Virus record (IMG/VR): IMGVR_UViG_3300045988_129927
Reading direction: 5' to 3' (one strand)
Source of the DNA: a virus
DNA: 64,000 bases
In this document: piece after piece, positions 36,225 through 45,711 of the stretch
Layout of the letters: each line of letters opens with the position of its first letter
How positions within the stretch are numbered: the first letter of the stretch is position 1
Translations under genes and position numbers: made by a program
Notes under the pieces: model-generated
The model's input: the letters and a program-made list of their open reading frames with translations, nothing else
Database searches by the model: none
What the model was told of the DNA's origin: nothing

Positions 36225-36761
36225 ATGATTGAAGAAATGATTGAAGATTCACCACCGAAACCAAAATCAATTACACCGATTAATATTGGTAGTTTTGAAA
36301 AAGTAGGTAACACCAGTAAATACGATGAACTGGGTGTGATGGATGAAAACATTAAATTACGCCAACACCTCACTCGAACCATTTTTGCAAAAGGTGAAGA
36401 AGTTACTAATGATTTAGAACTATTAGACATGGCTTTAAAGATGATGGCTGCAAATGATAAAGCAGTGATTGCACAAGCCAGACTGAAAGTAGATGAAGAA
36501 TCAAATGCTGTACAACAAGACTTGGTATACGCACTTGTATCTGAAGCAATGAGTCGAAATGAAGAACAGAGAAAAGAGATTAAAGATATTATCCCTAATT
36601 CTGTTGAGACTATGGTAGAAAGAGTAATTGACTTACCTCCTGCATCTCGTGAAATTACAGACAGTGAATTAGTACGCGGTACTGTTATCCTTACAGAAAA
36701 AGAAGTATTAGGTAAATTGAATACATTGCCTGAAGGTGACAATGATAGTATGGATGAATAA
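36225..36761 (+). CDS. hypothetical acidic protein
   Basis: Start at MIEEMIED with RBS aaaaaggataaaacaATG. Confidence 0.65.
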   Translation: MIEEMIEDSPPKPKSITPINIGSFEKVGNTSKYDELGVMDENIKLRQHLTRTIFAKGEEVTNDLELLDMALKMMAANDKAVIAQARLKVDEESNAVQQDLVYALVSEAMSRNEEQRKEIKDIIPNSVETMVERVIDLPPASREITDSELVRGTVILTEKEVLGKLNTLPEGDNDSMDE

Positions 36762-36765
36762 CTAG

Positions 36766-36795
36766 ATAGAGAGACACTTAATTGTGTCTCTCTAT
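36766..36795. terminator. bidirectional hairpin terminator
   Basis: atagagagacac / gtgtctctctat, a 12-bp perfect stem. Confidence 0.65.
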
Positions 36796-36808
36796 TTAAG
36801 CTATATGT

Positions 36809-37522
36809 TTAAATTCTGGTATTTGCTACTTTAGAATATTCGGTGACACGAATCTTTTCAGCACCATTATCTGGTTTACCAGTAGAAACGAATACACCAT
36901 TTCCAGCACCATTTGGATGAGGGTGAGCATGAGATGATAGTACATCGTTAGGTTTCACCTCATCAGCACTGTGTCTAATTGAAGGAATAGCTTTTACAAC
37001 AGCATTACCAATTTCTACAATACCATTACCTCTAATAGATTTAACATCTTCATCAGAAAGAGTAACTGTATGTTCGGAAGAATGCTCAATGTTAGGAGCA
37101 CTAACTAAAATAGGCGCATTCTCTACATCGTCTTCTGTAACAGGTTCTTCGACTACAGTAGCTTTACTACGATAAGTGTCTAGTTCATTTCGTAGTTCTT
37201 CATTCTCTTTTTTCAATACTTCAACCAATTGACGAAGTTCTACCAATTCTTTATTAGTAGATTCACTTAGCTGTTTATAAGCTTGACTAGACTTAACCAA
37301 CAAATAGTCTTTAGTAGCATGAGATTCTGCATACTTTAACATAGTAGTTTCAATAAGAGAATAGATGTTCAAACCAGTAATGAAGTTCTCACGCAGTTGA
37401 GCCAACATATGTTGTGTCGCTGCACTTACATGTACTTCGTATGTGCTATCATCACAATCATGGATAGCTGTATTAGCGATAGCTGTATCTACAGTTTGGT
37501 TACTAGTATTTTGATTACTCAT
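36809..37522 (-). CDS. hypothetical coiled-coil protein downstream of the Rad50-like gene
   Basis: Start taken at MSNQNTS (RBS aaaaggaaatcaaaATG). Contains the coiled coil ELVELRQLVEVLKKENEELRNELDTYR and the His-rich HAHPHPNG. No Mre11 phosphoesterase motifs. Confidence 0.65.
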   Translation of the reverse strand: MSNQNTSNQTVDTAIANTAIHDCDDSTYEVHVSAATQHMLAQLRENFITGLNIYSLIETTMLKYAESHATKDYLLVKSSQAYKQLSESTNKELVELRQLVEVLKKENEELRNELDTYRSKATVVEEPVTEDDVENAPILVSAPNIEHSSEHTVTLSDEDVKSIRGNGIVEIGNAVVKAIPSIRHSADEVKPNDVLSSHAHPHPNGAGNGVFVSTGKPDNGAEKIRVTEYSKVANTRI

Positions 37523-37535
37523 TTTGATTTCCTTT

Positions 37536-40064
37536 TTAACGAATAATTTCAACACCTCTGTTGAGGTTGTTAGGTGGTAAAACGATATTGTCTTCTGATA
37601 ACACACAGAAAGACACGTCATTTAAAACGGAATACTCCATAAAATTGTGAGACACAATAAATATTTGGTCTTCAATAAATTCTTCAGATAATTTCTCAAT
37701 TAGCTTTAAAGCATTCTCTCTGTGTTTAGCATCAAATGTTCTACCAAACTCATCTAAGAATATAGGATAACCTGATAAACCTAATGCTTTCATGGCAATC
37801 ATTTTAAATGCTAAATCAATAATCTCTAAAATACCATCACTACCTAAAGAAATATCTGCTTTTGGTTTTTCACTCAAACCCACAGTCATTGGGAAACGAT
37901 AAGATAACTCATCATTACTTTCACCATCTGTCATTTTAGCAGGATGAATAATAAGAGGATAAGACCAAATAGATTGGATAAATCCATTCATTCTGGCTAA
38001 GAATATCTTAATATAACCCAATAGACCCTCTGCAATTAAACCATCTTGAGGATTCAATGTATCAACAATAGCTGACCATGATTCAATCTCTTGTTTAATA
38101 TCTTCGATTTGTTTATTCACCATCTCGATATTCTTTTCACGAGTAATGATTTCAATTTGCTTTTTGGTCAATATAGCTACTTGATTTCTTTCTTCTGCAA
38201 TTAAACCAGACACCAAAGTATAAATATCGTATTCAGCTAACTTCATTTGGATATCATCAATATCATCCAATGTCGTTTGAAGAGAATCTTTAGCTTCTTC
38301 AAATTCATTATAGTAACGAAGAATATCTTCAATAGATTCCAAATGGATAATAATACTTTGTTTCTTTCTTCTCACTTCTTCTAACTGAGTTGACATCTTA
38401 TTTAATTGCTCGGTTAAAAGACGATGTTCTTTTTCATCTACTTGATTTGCATTGTCAATAATTTGCTGATAAGAGAGAATCTCTCGATTCAGTTTATCGA
38501 TATCGGATAGCAAAACCACATAGTCTTTATAATTATTATAAAGTTCAGTTGCTTCGTATACTTTACCTAGATAAAGTTTATTACGAATAACATCAATACA
38601 CCATTGGTTTAACACATTAGATTGATTTCGACAATATTGGCTAAAGTCTTTTAAGATAGTATACTTCGTATTCTTATCGATGTATTGTTCTTCTAAATCC
38701 TTAATAAGTAGAGTAATCTTATCAAGGTCTCCTTGAACTTCTTCTCGTTTTTTCAAATACAAATCATACTTCTCTTTATCAAACCCAGGATGAAATTCAT
38801 GTGAACAATTAGGACAAAGGATTTTAATCTCTTTCTCTTTTTGTTCTAAATGTTTAATTCTCTCATCAATTCGATTATACAAAACAGTAAGATTAGATTG
38901 TTCTTTCTTAGTTGAATCTATTTTATCAACTAATTGTCCAATAGAATCACGAGTAATATCTTCATCACCAAATAAACTTAAACGATGGAGTAATTCTAAA
39001 ACATCTGGGTTACCTTGTACCAATACTTCTTTTTGTAAGTGTAAATCAGTAATGGGATATTCACATGGAATTGAATTAGCTTGTTTTTCTAATTCGTTTT
39101 TCTTCTTTGTTAATTCTTCAATCTTAATACGAGTAGATTCTAATTCAGAATGAGAAGTAATCTTTACCTGATTAATCTTATTTTCCATTTGACTGTATTC
39201 TTTAATCAAATGGCTATACAGTAGTTCAGTCGCTTCTAATTCTTTTTCTAAAGAAAGTTTACGCTGAATGATTTCTTCTTTATATTCTGGCGTTAATTCC
39301 TTATTAGAGATATCAGTAATAGACTTTACTAATCTGTCATTCAATGGTTCTACTTTATTGACTAAAGAAGTTAGATTATTCTCTAAGTCAATATTATAGT
39401 TAGGATTAGCAAAAGCGTCTTTGTAACCAATAATCTTATTGAGTTCTTCAATTTTAAGATTGTGTTCGTTAATAGAAGCATTAATATTTGCTAATTCATT
39501 TTCTTCCACATTAGTAGAAGTCAATTGCATTTGGTGTTGCGTCATTTTCTTTAAAGCACCAGTAGCATCACGTAGTTTATCTTTTGCTTTATTGAATGTA
39601 TTAATCGCAAATGTGTAATCAGAATCACACAGCATAGTAAACCATTCTTTTCTCTTTACAGGGGACATCTGTGTAAACTTCTCTTTACCTGTTAAGAGTA
39701 AATGGATTTTATCAGTATAATTAAAATAATCTTTAATCAGTTGTTTCTGCATAGTTGCAGTACCACCGATATTCAATTCTTCATTTAATCCTTCGTCTAC
39801 GAAAGAATGTTTGTTAATGCTAAAATCAGAAGTCAAACAATAAATACGGTTATTGTGTTCTACCCTAATCTTCTTATATCCGTCTTTACTAAAGTCACTC
39901 TTATCAGCCAACATAGGGCTTAGGTAATGTAATAGACTAGACTTACCACTACCATTACTACCAATCACTGCCATGATGCTGGTTTCTGGTGTAATGGTAA
40001 TCTTTTTAATACCACTTAATTCTAAACGAATAGCACCTTTTAATTCTAATGATAATATTTTCAC
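37536..40064 (-). CDS. Rad50/SbcC-family (T4 gp46-like) ATPase
   Basis: N-terminal Walker A GSNGSGKSS, long coiled-coil middle with a CPNC zinc-hook-like CxxC (about 38805-38816), and C-terminal Walker B IFLDEFG. Confidence 0.7.
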   Translation of the reverse strand: MKILSLELKGAIRLELSGIKKITITPETSIMAVIGSNGSGKSSLLHYLSPMLADKSDFSKDGYKKIRVEHNNRIYCLTSDFSINKHSFVDEGLNEELNIGGTATMQKQLIKDYFNYTDKIHLLLTGKEKFTQMSPVKRKEWFTMLCDSDYTFAINTFNKAKDKLRDATGALKKMTQHQMQLTSTNVEENELANINASINEHNLKIEELNKIIGYKDAFANPNYNIDLENNLTSLVNKVEPLNDRLVKSITDISNKELTPEYKEEIIQRKLSLEKELEATELLYSHLIKEYSQMENKINQVKITSHSELESTRIKIEELTKKKNELEKQANSIPCEYPITDLHLQKEVLVQGNPDVLELLHRLSLFGDEDITRDSIGQLVDKIDSTKKEQSNLTVLYNRIDERIKHLEQKEKEIKILCPNCSHEFHPGFDKEKYDLYLKKREEVQGDLDKITLLIKDLEEQYIDKNTKYTILKDFSQYCRNQSNVLNQWCIDVIRNKLYLGKVYEATELYNNYKDYVVLLSDIDKLNREILSYQQIIDNANQVDEKEHRLLTEQLNKMSTQLEEVRRKKQSIIIHLESIEDILRYYNEFEEAKDSLQTTLDDIDDIQMKLAEYDIYTLVSGLIAEERNQVAILTKKQIEIITREKNIEMVNKQIEDIKQEIESWSAIVDTLNPQDGLIAEGLLGYIKIFLARMNGFIQSIWSYPLIIHPAKMTDGESNDELSYRFPMTVGLSEKPKADISLGSDGILEIIDLAFKMIAMKALGLSGYPIFLDEFGRTFDAKHRENALKLIEKLSEEFIEDQIFIVSHNFMEYSVLNDVSFCVLSEDNIVLPPNNLNRGVEIIR

Positions 40065-40139
40065 GGTTATTATCCTTTTAATAAGACATAATTGTTCAAA
40101 AATATGAAAGGTTACAATATATTAATAAAGGAAAGTATA

Positions 40140-41087
40140 ATGGATAATCTAAATAACCTTGTACCATACTCAAGGGGTATCGCAGCCATTAACTTAGAGA
40201 TAAATACAGACATATTGACTGTATGGCCTAAGAGTATCCTACCTATGGTAGATGGTGAACTACATGATGTTATAGAAGAATATACGACAGAATATACCGA
40301 TAGCTATGGTAACAAGATATCGACAGGTGTACGCACCAGTAACACCATTGTGGCTAAGTGGTTATGTCGTGACCCAAACATGATGGTACCACCTAATATT
40401 AGACGTGGTGCAGAAGTACAAATATATCGTGAAGCCAATACAGATTACTTCTATTGGGAAACGGTTTCTAATTCTAAAAACTATCAGAAGCTAGAAACCA
40501 GAATCATGGGTTACTCTAATACTCAAAATGAGAATGAGAAACCTACACCAGAGAATACATGGACTCAAGGTATTTCTACACACGAGAAGAAAGTCAATTT
40601 CGTACACACTACTAAATCAGATGGTGAGAAATGGGCTTATGATGTTAACGTAGATGTTAAACAAGGTTTAGTTAACATCATGGATGACATTGGGAATTTA
40701 ATTAAGATAGATTCTGGAAATGGTATCATTCGTTTACAAACAGCGCAAGGTGCTTATATTGAGATTAATAAACGCGATATTACCATTAGTTGTGATAATC
40801 TAACCTCTAATGTATCTCAAGTAACACAAGTCAATACAATGCAAATGCAGAATAATGCTACTGCTAATATTGCTACAGTGACACCAATTCAAACACATAC
40901 TGGTAACTTAACGGTAGCAGGTGGTATTAGCGCAGGGCCTGGGGGTGACGGCAGTGGCTTTGAAATGCGTGGTGACATTAAGCATATTGGTAATATGGTT
41001 ACGGAAGGTGACCACATTATTGATGGTAAATCCTATAATGGCCATAGACATAGTGAAACACAATCTATTACTTCTCCACCAATTTAA
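40140..41087 (+). CDS. baseplate central spike (P2 gpV / Mu gp45-like) with HxH apex
   Basis: RBS aaaggaaagtataATG. Has an OB-fold-like N-terminus. The C-terminus GDHIIDGKSYNGHRHSETQSITSPPI resembles the His-x-His iron-binding apex of gpV-type spikes. Confidence 0.6.
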   Translation: MDNLNNLVPYSRGIAAINLEINTDILTVWPKSILPMVDGELHDVIEEYTTEYTDSYGNKISTGVRTSNTIVAKWLCRDPNMMVPPNIRRGAEVQIYREANTDYFYWETVSNSKNYQKLETRIMGYSNTQNENEKPTPENTWTQGISTHEKKVNFVHTTKSDGEKWAYDVNVDVKQGLVNIMDDIGNLIKIDSGNGIIRLQTAQGAYIEINKRDITISCDNLTSNVSQVTQVNTMQMQNNATANIATVTPIQTHTGNLTVAGGISAGPGGDGSGFEMRGDIKHIGNMVTEGDHIIDGKSYNGHRHSETQSITSPPI

Positions 41088-41095
41088 TAAATACT

Positions 41096-41130
41096 ATTAC
41101 ACTAGGTACCATTACAGTACCTAGTGTAAT
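41096..41130. terminator. bidirectional hairpin terminator
   Basis: attacactaggtac / gtacctagtgtaat, a 14-bp perfect stem. Confidence 0.65.
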
Positions 41131-41147
41131 ATATTATTTATTTATTT

Positions 41148-41552
41148 TTAAGCTGTAATATTCTTCAGTTCTAAACGATTTTCAATCATCTTCTTGATAT
41201 CTATAACCATGTCAGCATGATTATAAATAAGCCAATTAGGTGTTCTACTGATTATCTTAGAAACAATCTCTTCTTCAGCTTCTTTTGTCAATACGACACG
41301 ATTTTCTGAATTCAATTCTGCTTTGACAATCTGTAGTTCTACACCATTCCAGAAGACTTGAGCTAAGCTCATCCCAGCACCACACGCATAGTCGTTATTA
41401 CACACTGTTAAGAGCTTATTGACTTTATGATAAATTCTTATATCCAAAGTCTTGACATTAAACAGTTTCGTATAAAGAGATGTAATAAACAAAGTTCTAA
41501 TTAAACGCTCTGGGAGTAGAAATTTTAGAATTTTATAGATTATACTCATCAT
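41148..41552 (-). CDS. hypothetical protein
   Basis: 134-aa ORF with no motif. Confidence 0.6.
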   Translation of the reverse strand: MMSIIYKILKFLLPERLIRTLFITSLYTKLFNVKTLDIRIYHKVNKLLTVCNNDYACGAGMSLAQVFWNGVELQIVKAELNSENRVVLTKEAEEEIVSKIISRTPNWLIYNHADMVIDIKKMIENRLELKNITA

Positions 41553-41566
41553 GGTAGGCTATCCTG

Positions 41567-43195
41567 TTAATCAAGTAGAATTTGAGATACCCCTACGCCT
41601 TCCCAAATTCCATAGTTTTTAATTGTAAGTTTTTCCTCACTTAACTTTTCATGTAAAGTTACTAGAAAAGCAAAACGATACAAAGCACACGAAGTATGCC
41701 ATACCAGAAGTTTTACAGATGGATATTCTTGTTCAAAATATTTCATCTGATTTCTTCTTGGCATGTCGATACCACAGGTTAAAATAATATTCTTAACTTG
41801 CTTTTCTTTCACAAATTCATCACCACCAAATTCAATAGGAACTTTAATGGATTTCATTGTGTTAGTGTGCTCTTTAAGTAACGTCTTACCTATTACCGTT
41901 TTAATATTATTTCCCTGTAAATCTTCTACGACTTCCATTTCTTTAGTAGAATAAAACAATTCAGTTAAATCTACTGCTTTAACTAAAGGACTATTATCTT
42001 TATACAAATCTAATACATTCTGCAAAGCAGAAATATTATCAATGTTCTTCATCCCTAAGTATACTGGGTCGTTCACATATGTCAGTGTACTACCGTCTAC
42101 TGTTTCTAGGTTAGGAACACCTTGTGGACGAGAGATAAAGATATTACCGTATTTTGCTAACTTACGGTAAGTCTTAGTATTAGCAATATTGTCTAACATC
42201 AGACAATACATTAAGTTATTATAACCATAATGTTGATTTAACCATTTGTTTTGTTCCTCCTCTACCATTTCGATGACAGGGTTTCTATCCTTCATGTAGA
42301 CAATGCCAATTTGTGCGTCAGGGATTTGTTTACCGATATAGATATCTTCAACCTGATATCCTGGGTTGCCAACATAGAAAAGATTTTTATCAGTTCTACC
42401 ACCGAAACTAAAATAAAGTCGTTTATTAACCAATAGAGGGTGTATCGGTTCTGGTTTTTTGTCTATTTTTAATTCCTCTATTGTGACCTCACGATATACT
42501 TCATCTAATGTATCTGGAAAGTAAAGTTTGTTATTGGATAATGAAGCACCAATACTGGCACAGTTATCTGCAAACATATTGCTGATGTTTGAAATGGTAC
42601 GACTATCTTTGATGTTATCCCCATGACCTTTAATCCACTTAATAGAATAAGGAATCTTATTAGCACGGAGGATATTTCTTTCTTTGTAGATTTCTTCCCA
42701 TATTTCTTTATTATTAATGGGTTTACCAGAACCAGTAATGAAATCAGTAGACTTCCATTTATCTAACCAACCCATACCTTTAATAATGTATTCAGAGTCA
42801 GTAAAAATAATACAAACATCAGGATGTTCTTGATTAATAATTTTTAGTGCTTGTAAGAATGCGAGTAACTCACCCACATTATTACTACCAATAGTACCTG
42901 TACCCTTACACCATTCTACCATGTTTGTAATCTTAACATCGTAAAATGATTCATCGTCTAGTACAGATTTAACAAACTCATCTAAGTTTCCAATACTAGG
43001 GTATTCTTTTACTTTCTGCATTTTAATATCAGTAAAGCCCTTACTAGTAGGTCTAATACCCTTGATTGGAAATACCTTTTCAGCTTCCTCATTAGAGAAA
43101 GTATAATAATAAAGACCCGACCCTACTGGGCCTGGGTTTCTTTTAAAGTTACCGCCATCGCAGTAAATAATGAGTCCTTTACCAGTATAAGACAT
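41567..43195 (-). CDS. RNase HI-domain protein fused to a ~320-aa unknown C-terminal domain
   Basis: DEDD-type pattern: IIYCDGG, NNVGELLAFLQAL, IFTDSEYIIKGM..WLDKWK, IKWIKGHGDN...MFADNCA. Confidence 0.75.
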   Translation of the reverse strand: MSYTGKGLIIYCDGGNFKRNPGPVGSGLYYYTFSNEEAEKVFPIKGIRPTSKGFTDIKMQKVKEYPSIGNLDEFVKSVLDDESFYDVKITNMVEWCKGTGTIGSNNVGELLAFLQALKIINQEHPDVCIIFTDSEYIIKGMGWLDKWKSTDFITGSGKPINNKEIWEEIYKERNILRANKIPYSIKWIKGHGDNIKDSRTISNISNMFADNCASIGASLSNNKLYFPDTLDEVYREVTIEELKIDKKPEPIHPLLVNKRLYFSFGGRTDKNLFYVGNPGYQVEDIYIGKQIPDAQIGIVYMKDRNPVIEMVEEEQNKWLNQHYGYNNLMYCLMLDNIANTKTYRKLAKYGNIFISRPQGVPNLETVDGSTLTYVNDPVYLGMKNIDNISALQNVLDLYKDNSPLVKAVDLTELFYSTKEMEVVEDLQGNNIKTVIGKTLLKEHTNTMKSIKVPIEFGGDEFVKEKQVKNIILTCGIDMPRRNQMKYFEQEYPSVKLLVWHTSCALYRFAFLVTLHEKLSEEKLTIKNYGIWEGVGVSQILLD

Positions 43196-43276
43196 AATGT
43201 TTAGTTCCTATAGTTAAAGTGAATTGAGAGTATTGAGAGATTACTTTTTTCATAGAAACCAAACATCTGTTTTTAT

Positions 43277-43588
43277 TTACATTGTGCCAGCTGGTGGCGG
43301 TGGCATATATTTTCGGTCAATGTGCTTAACTACAATGTCATGTAATTTCCTATTTTCTGATTCTAATTGTCTATTTTCTTTTTTCAATTTTTCGTACTTA
43401 ACATTCACCTCGTTGAATGCATCGTAGTAAACAATCAGTCTTTTAGTGACCATGAAATTATAAAATAAAGAAGCACATACTACAATTACTAATAGTATAC
43501 GAAATTTATGATGTTGATAAGCTTTACCTGGTCTTACATCTTTACCGATGATAAGCTCCCAGATAAAGCCAAAAATTATTTTCCACAT
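43277..43588 (-). CDS. membrane-anchored coiled-coil protein (i-spanin-like architecture)
   Basis: Start at MWKIIFG with RBS taggagaataaacataATG. Has the TM segment ILLVIVVCASLFYNFMV, the coiled coil KYEKLKKENRQLESENRKLH and a PPPPAG C-terminus. Confidence 0.5.
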   Translation of the reverse strand: MWKIIFGFIWELIIGKDVRPGKAYQHHKFRILLVIVVCASLFYNFMVTKRLIVYYDAFNEVNVKYEKLKKENRQLESENRKLHDIVVKHIDRKYMPPPPAGTM

Positions 43589-43643
43589 TATGTTTATTCT
43601 CCTATAGTTATTCATTGTATATTAGTATATTTAAGGACAAAAA

Positions 43644-44990
43644 ATGAGTAAATCTATTAAAGCATTTGCACAACACGATTTCTTCGTGACTAACACCAGA
43701 ATGGAAGAACATCGTTTTGGTGAACTATCTACAGAATCTCGTACTTACGAGAAAGATATTGCATTATATACCCACAATACAGATAAGTCAATCACTTTAG
43801 CACTATTTCGTTCTACTGACAACAATAGACGTGTCGAGATTGCATCAAATGATTTGAATCTGACTTTAGATATTGTTAAACATATCTACGATTATGTATT
43901 GCGTTCAGCTCGTGAAATCTACGTAGATGAATTGAAACGTAATCTATTAGATACTTTCCGTACACGTGCTCAGATGTTCCAATTAGGCAATGTCGTTACA
44001 GACGGTAACTACTATTGTGTTCAATGGGTATCCTGGAAAGACAATAACAATAATGAATTCCACGTATGGTTTAGTGATAAATCATTTAAATCAGAATACG
44101 ATGATTTTGAAATTGAGATTGTCCCTCCAGTAGATGCAATGGATGTATTTTTTACTACACGTACTCAAGTAGAAGCTGAATTGGCTAAAACCCCAGTTAA
44201 TCTATTGACTAAGAAAGCTAATGCTAAAAAAGGTTCTTCACCTGTTACCGTGTTTCGATTGGATATCTTCAAATGGCACAATCCAGTTAACCGTAGACCA
44301 GAATTAGATACCAATTGGTATGTATTAATCTGGGGTGATGCAGGTGACAATATTGACTCTGTACGTGAGAAGATTCAAGAAACTATTTTAGCTAATTCTT
44401 CACACAGTCGAGATGAATGGAAAGAAGTATTCCCAGAAATCTTTAAACGCAATGAATTCATTATTGTACCACAATGGGATGTATTCAGTAACGAGAATAA
44501 AGTAAAAGAGAAAGCCTCTTTATATTCTCCAGCCATGAATTATAAAGAAGCCTTTACTAAGTATGGTAAACCTTTCATGAATGAAATGCCAGATGCACAC
44601 ATTCAAGATAACTTACAAGTTACTTCATTGTACTATCGTTCTATTACTTCTAGTGTTTGTGGTTCTCCAGAAAACAGAGACAATAAATTTAAAATCAGAG
44701 ACATGTTCCCTGACTTTATTGACGTACCTTCTACCTCTACTGACTTTAACTATCAATCTACCCGTACACAAAACTGGTCTTTGAAGTTACAAGACATGAT
44801 GGCTGTTGCTGAAGAAATGACACCTACTTCTACACTACCACGTGAACGTTTAACTTTACCTGGTGGTGAAATCATTAATGGTGATAAGATTTATACTCGC
44901 GTTACCCGTAATGGTAAGCTATTCTTAGTCATGAACTTTGAGGGATTCCATTACTTAGTAGCTGCTAAGTATAACTTTAATAAAAAATAA
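43644..44990 (+). CDS. hypothetical protein
   Basis: 448-aa ORF with no motif. Confidence 0.75.
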   Translation: MSKSIKAFAQHDFFVTNTRMEEHRFGELSTESRTYEKDIALYTHNTDKSITLALFRSTDNNRRVEIASNDLNLTLDIVKHIYDYVLRSAREIYVDELKRNLLDTFRTRAQMFQLGNVVTDGNYYCVQWVSWKDNNNNEFHVWFSDKSFKSEYDDFEIEIVPPVDAMDVFFTTRTQVEAELAKTPVNLLTKKANAKKGSSPVTVFRLDIFKWHNPVNRRPELDTNWYVLIWGDAGDNIDSVREKIQETILANSSHSRDEWKEVFPEIFKRNEFIIVPQWDVFSNENKVKEKASLYSPAMNYKEAFTKYGKPFMNEMPDAHIQDNLQVTSLYYRSITSSVCGSPENRDNKFKIRDMFPDFIDVPSTSTDFNYQSTRTQNWSLKLQDMMAVAEEMTPTSTLPRERLTLPGGEIINGDKIYTRVTRNGKLFLVMNFEGFHYLVAAKYNFNKK

Positions 44991-45001
44991 GGAATAAATG
45001 A

Positions 45002-45664
45002 ATGTCTTCTTTAAATAACCCAACAGTAGGGTCAAAAGGATTATGGGAACTCAAAGCCCCTTTTAATTCTTTACTACCTGTTAATACTGCTTTAGAGTGT
45101 ACCGCAATATCTAATTATGGTCAACTCATTGCAATAGGTATTGACCCTTATGAAACGTATTATAAGAAGCATGAGATACCTGAAGCAACTTATAAAGAGC
45201 ACATGGAAACAGAAGGCAGGATAGTATTCCTAAGAACTGATTCTGGACAACGATATTCATTCCCATTACATTACTTAGTATCTTATCCTATTGGCACAGG
45301 TGTGAATTATGTGAGTATGGGTATTGGCATTCGTTTAGGTGCTATGCCATTAAATACTAATTTAGATTTGTTAATTGAACAAATTAAAGAATTATGTAAT
45401 TTAAATGTAGGTATTGAGATACATGCTGAGGCCATGGCTTTGTCTGAAATACACATTATTTCAAATCAAGACCATGAGAGAATCAAATCAGTAAGAGAGA
45501 CACGTAAGAAGGAACAAACTCCTGCGTTGGCTAAGATTACTGAATTGGCTAAGAGAGATGCGGATAAAGGAGCTAAACTGAAAATAGCTGAAGAGAAAGT
45601 CATCGAATTAGTGAATAAAGTCGCTACCTTAGAAGCAGAAATTAAACAACTAAAAGCAAGATAA
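45002..45664 (+). CDS. hypothetical protein with C-terminal coiled coil
   Basis: 220-aa ORF containing KIAEEKVIELVNKVATLEAEIKQLKA. Confidence 0.7.
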   Translation: MSSLNNPTVGSKGLWELKAPFNSLLPVNTALECTAISNYGQLIAIGIDPYETYYKKHEIPEATYKEHMETEGRIVFLRTDSGQRYSFPLHYLVSYPIGTGVNYVSMGIGIRLGAMPLNTNLDLLIEQIKELCNLNVGIEIHAEAMALSEIHIISNQDHERIKSVRETRKKEQTPALAKITELAKRDADKGAKLKIAEEKVIELVNKVATLEAEIKQLKAR

Positions 45665-45669
45665 CATAC

Positions 45670-45704
45670 TACTACTAGGATACCTATACGGTATCCTAGT
45701 AGTA
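45670..45704. terminator. bidirectional hairpin terminator
   Basis: tactactaggatac / gtatcctagtagta, a 14-bp perfect stem. Confidence 0.65.
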
Positions 45705-45711
45705 ATTGTTT

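Noticed and set aside
36185-36742. 185-aa minus-strand ORF overlapping 36225-36761
   Set aside because: It is Ser-rich and low-complexity with no RBS. The plus-strand ORF has a good RBS and normal composition, and is followed by a terminator.
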